The notes below the pieces were generated by a model. The model saw only the letters and a program-made list of their open reading frames with translations, searched no databases and was not told the DNA's origin. Shown piece after piece: positions 63,976 to 64,000 of a DNA stretch of 64,000 bases. The number at the start of each line of letters is the position of its first letter. Positions within the stretch are counted from its first letter, which is position 1. The translations under genes and the position numbers were made by a program. Origin of the DNA: Macrostomum lignano (lineage: Eukaryota). The stretch spans positions 85,213 to 149,212 of the forward strand of contig NIVC01002694.1 in NCBI GenBank assembly GCA_002269645.1. The letters run 5' to 3'.

Positions 63976-64000
63976 TACCTATCAACTCCCATACCTGCTG

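Overview
Eukaryotic (animal-type) genomic DNA with spliceosomal introns and abundant transposons and satellites. The style is reminiscent of a Macrostomum-like invertebrate, but the host is an inference. No prokaryotic features or CRISPR arrays were found. Layout: (1) 1-3247, the 5' part of an intact-looking Ty3/Gypsy LTR retrotransposon on the minus strand, with a tRNA-Gln PBS and a single ORF reading Gag, CCHC knuckle, cold-shock domain, aspartic protease (the ORF runs off the window edge, so it is absent from the ORF track). (2) 8.1-19.6 kb, four tandem SLC18B1-like MFS transporter genes, one a pseudogene, with a probable gene-conversion tract and a solo LTR. (3) PPP4R2 (minus) head-to-head with C22orf23/EVG1 (plus). 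The 5-kb first intron of PPP4R2 is almost free of CpG and holds transposon remnants with C>T/G>A changes concentrated at CpA/TpG and CpG, resembling fungal RIP, while the adjacent exon keeps its synonymous CpGs. (4) 34.7-54.9 kb, a mosaic of micro- and minisatellites including a 2.3-kb polypurine tract. (5) 52-64 kb, degraded gene remnants, a CORE-like SINE, and Gypsy and MULE relics. The two leading candidates for something undescribed are the cold-shock-domain Gag polyprotein and the intron-confined RIP-like hypermutation. All translations, alignments and counts were done by hand with no database search; exon and repeat boundaries may be off by a few nt.
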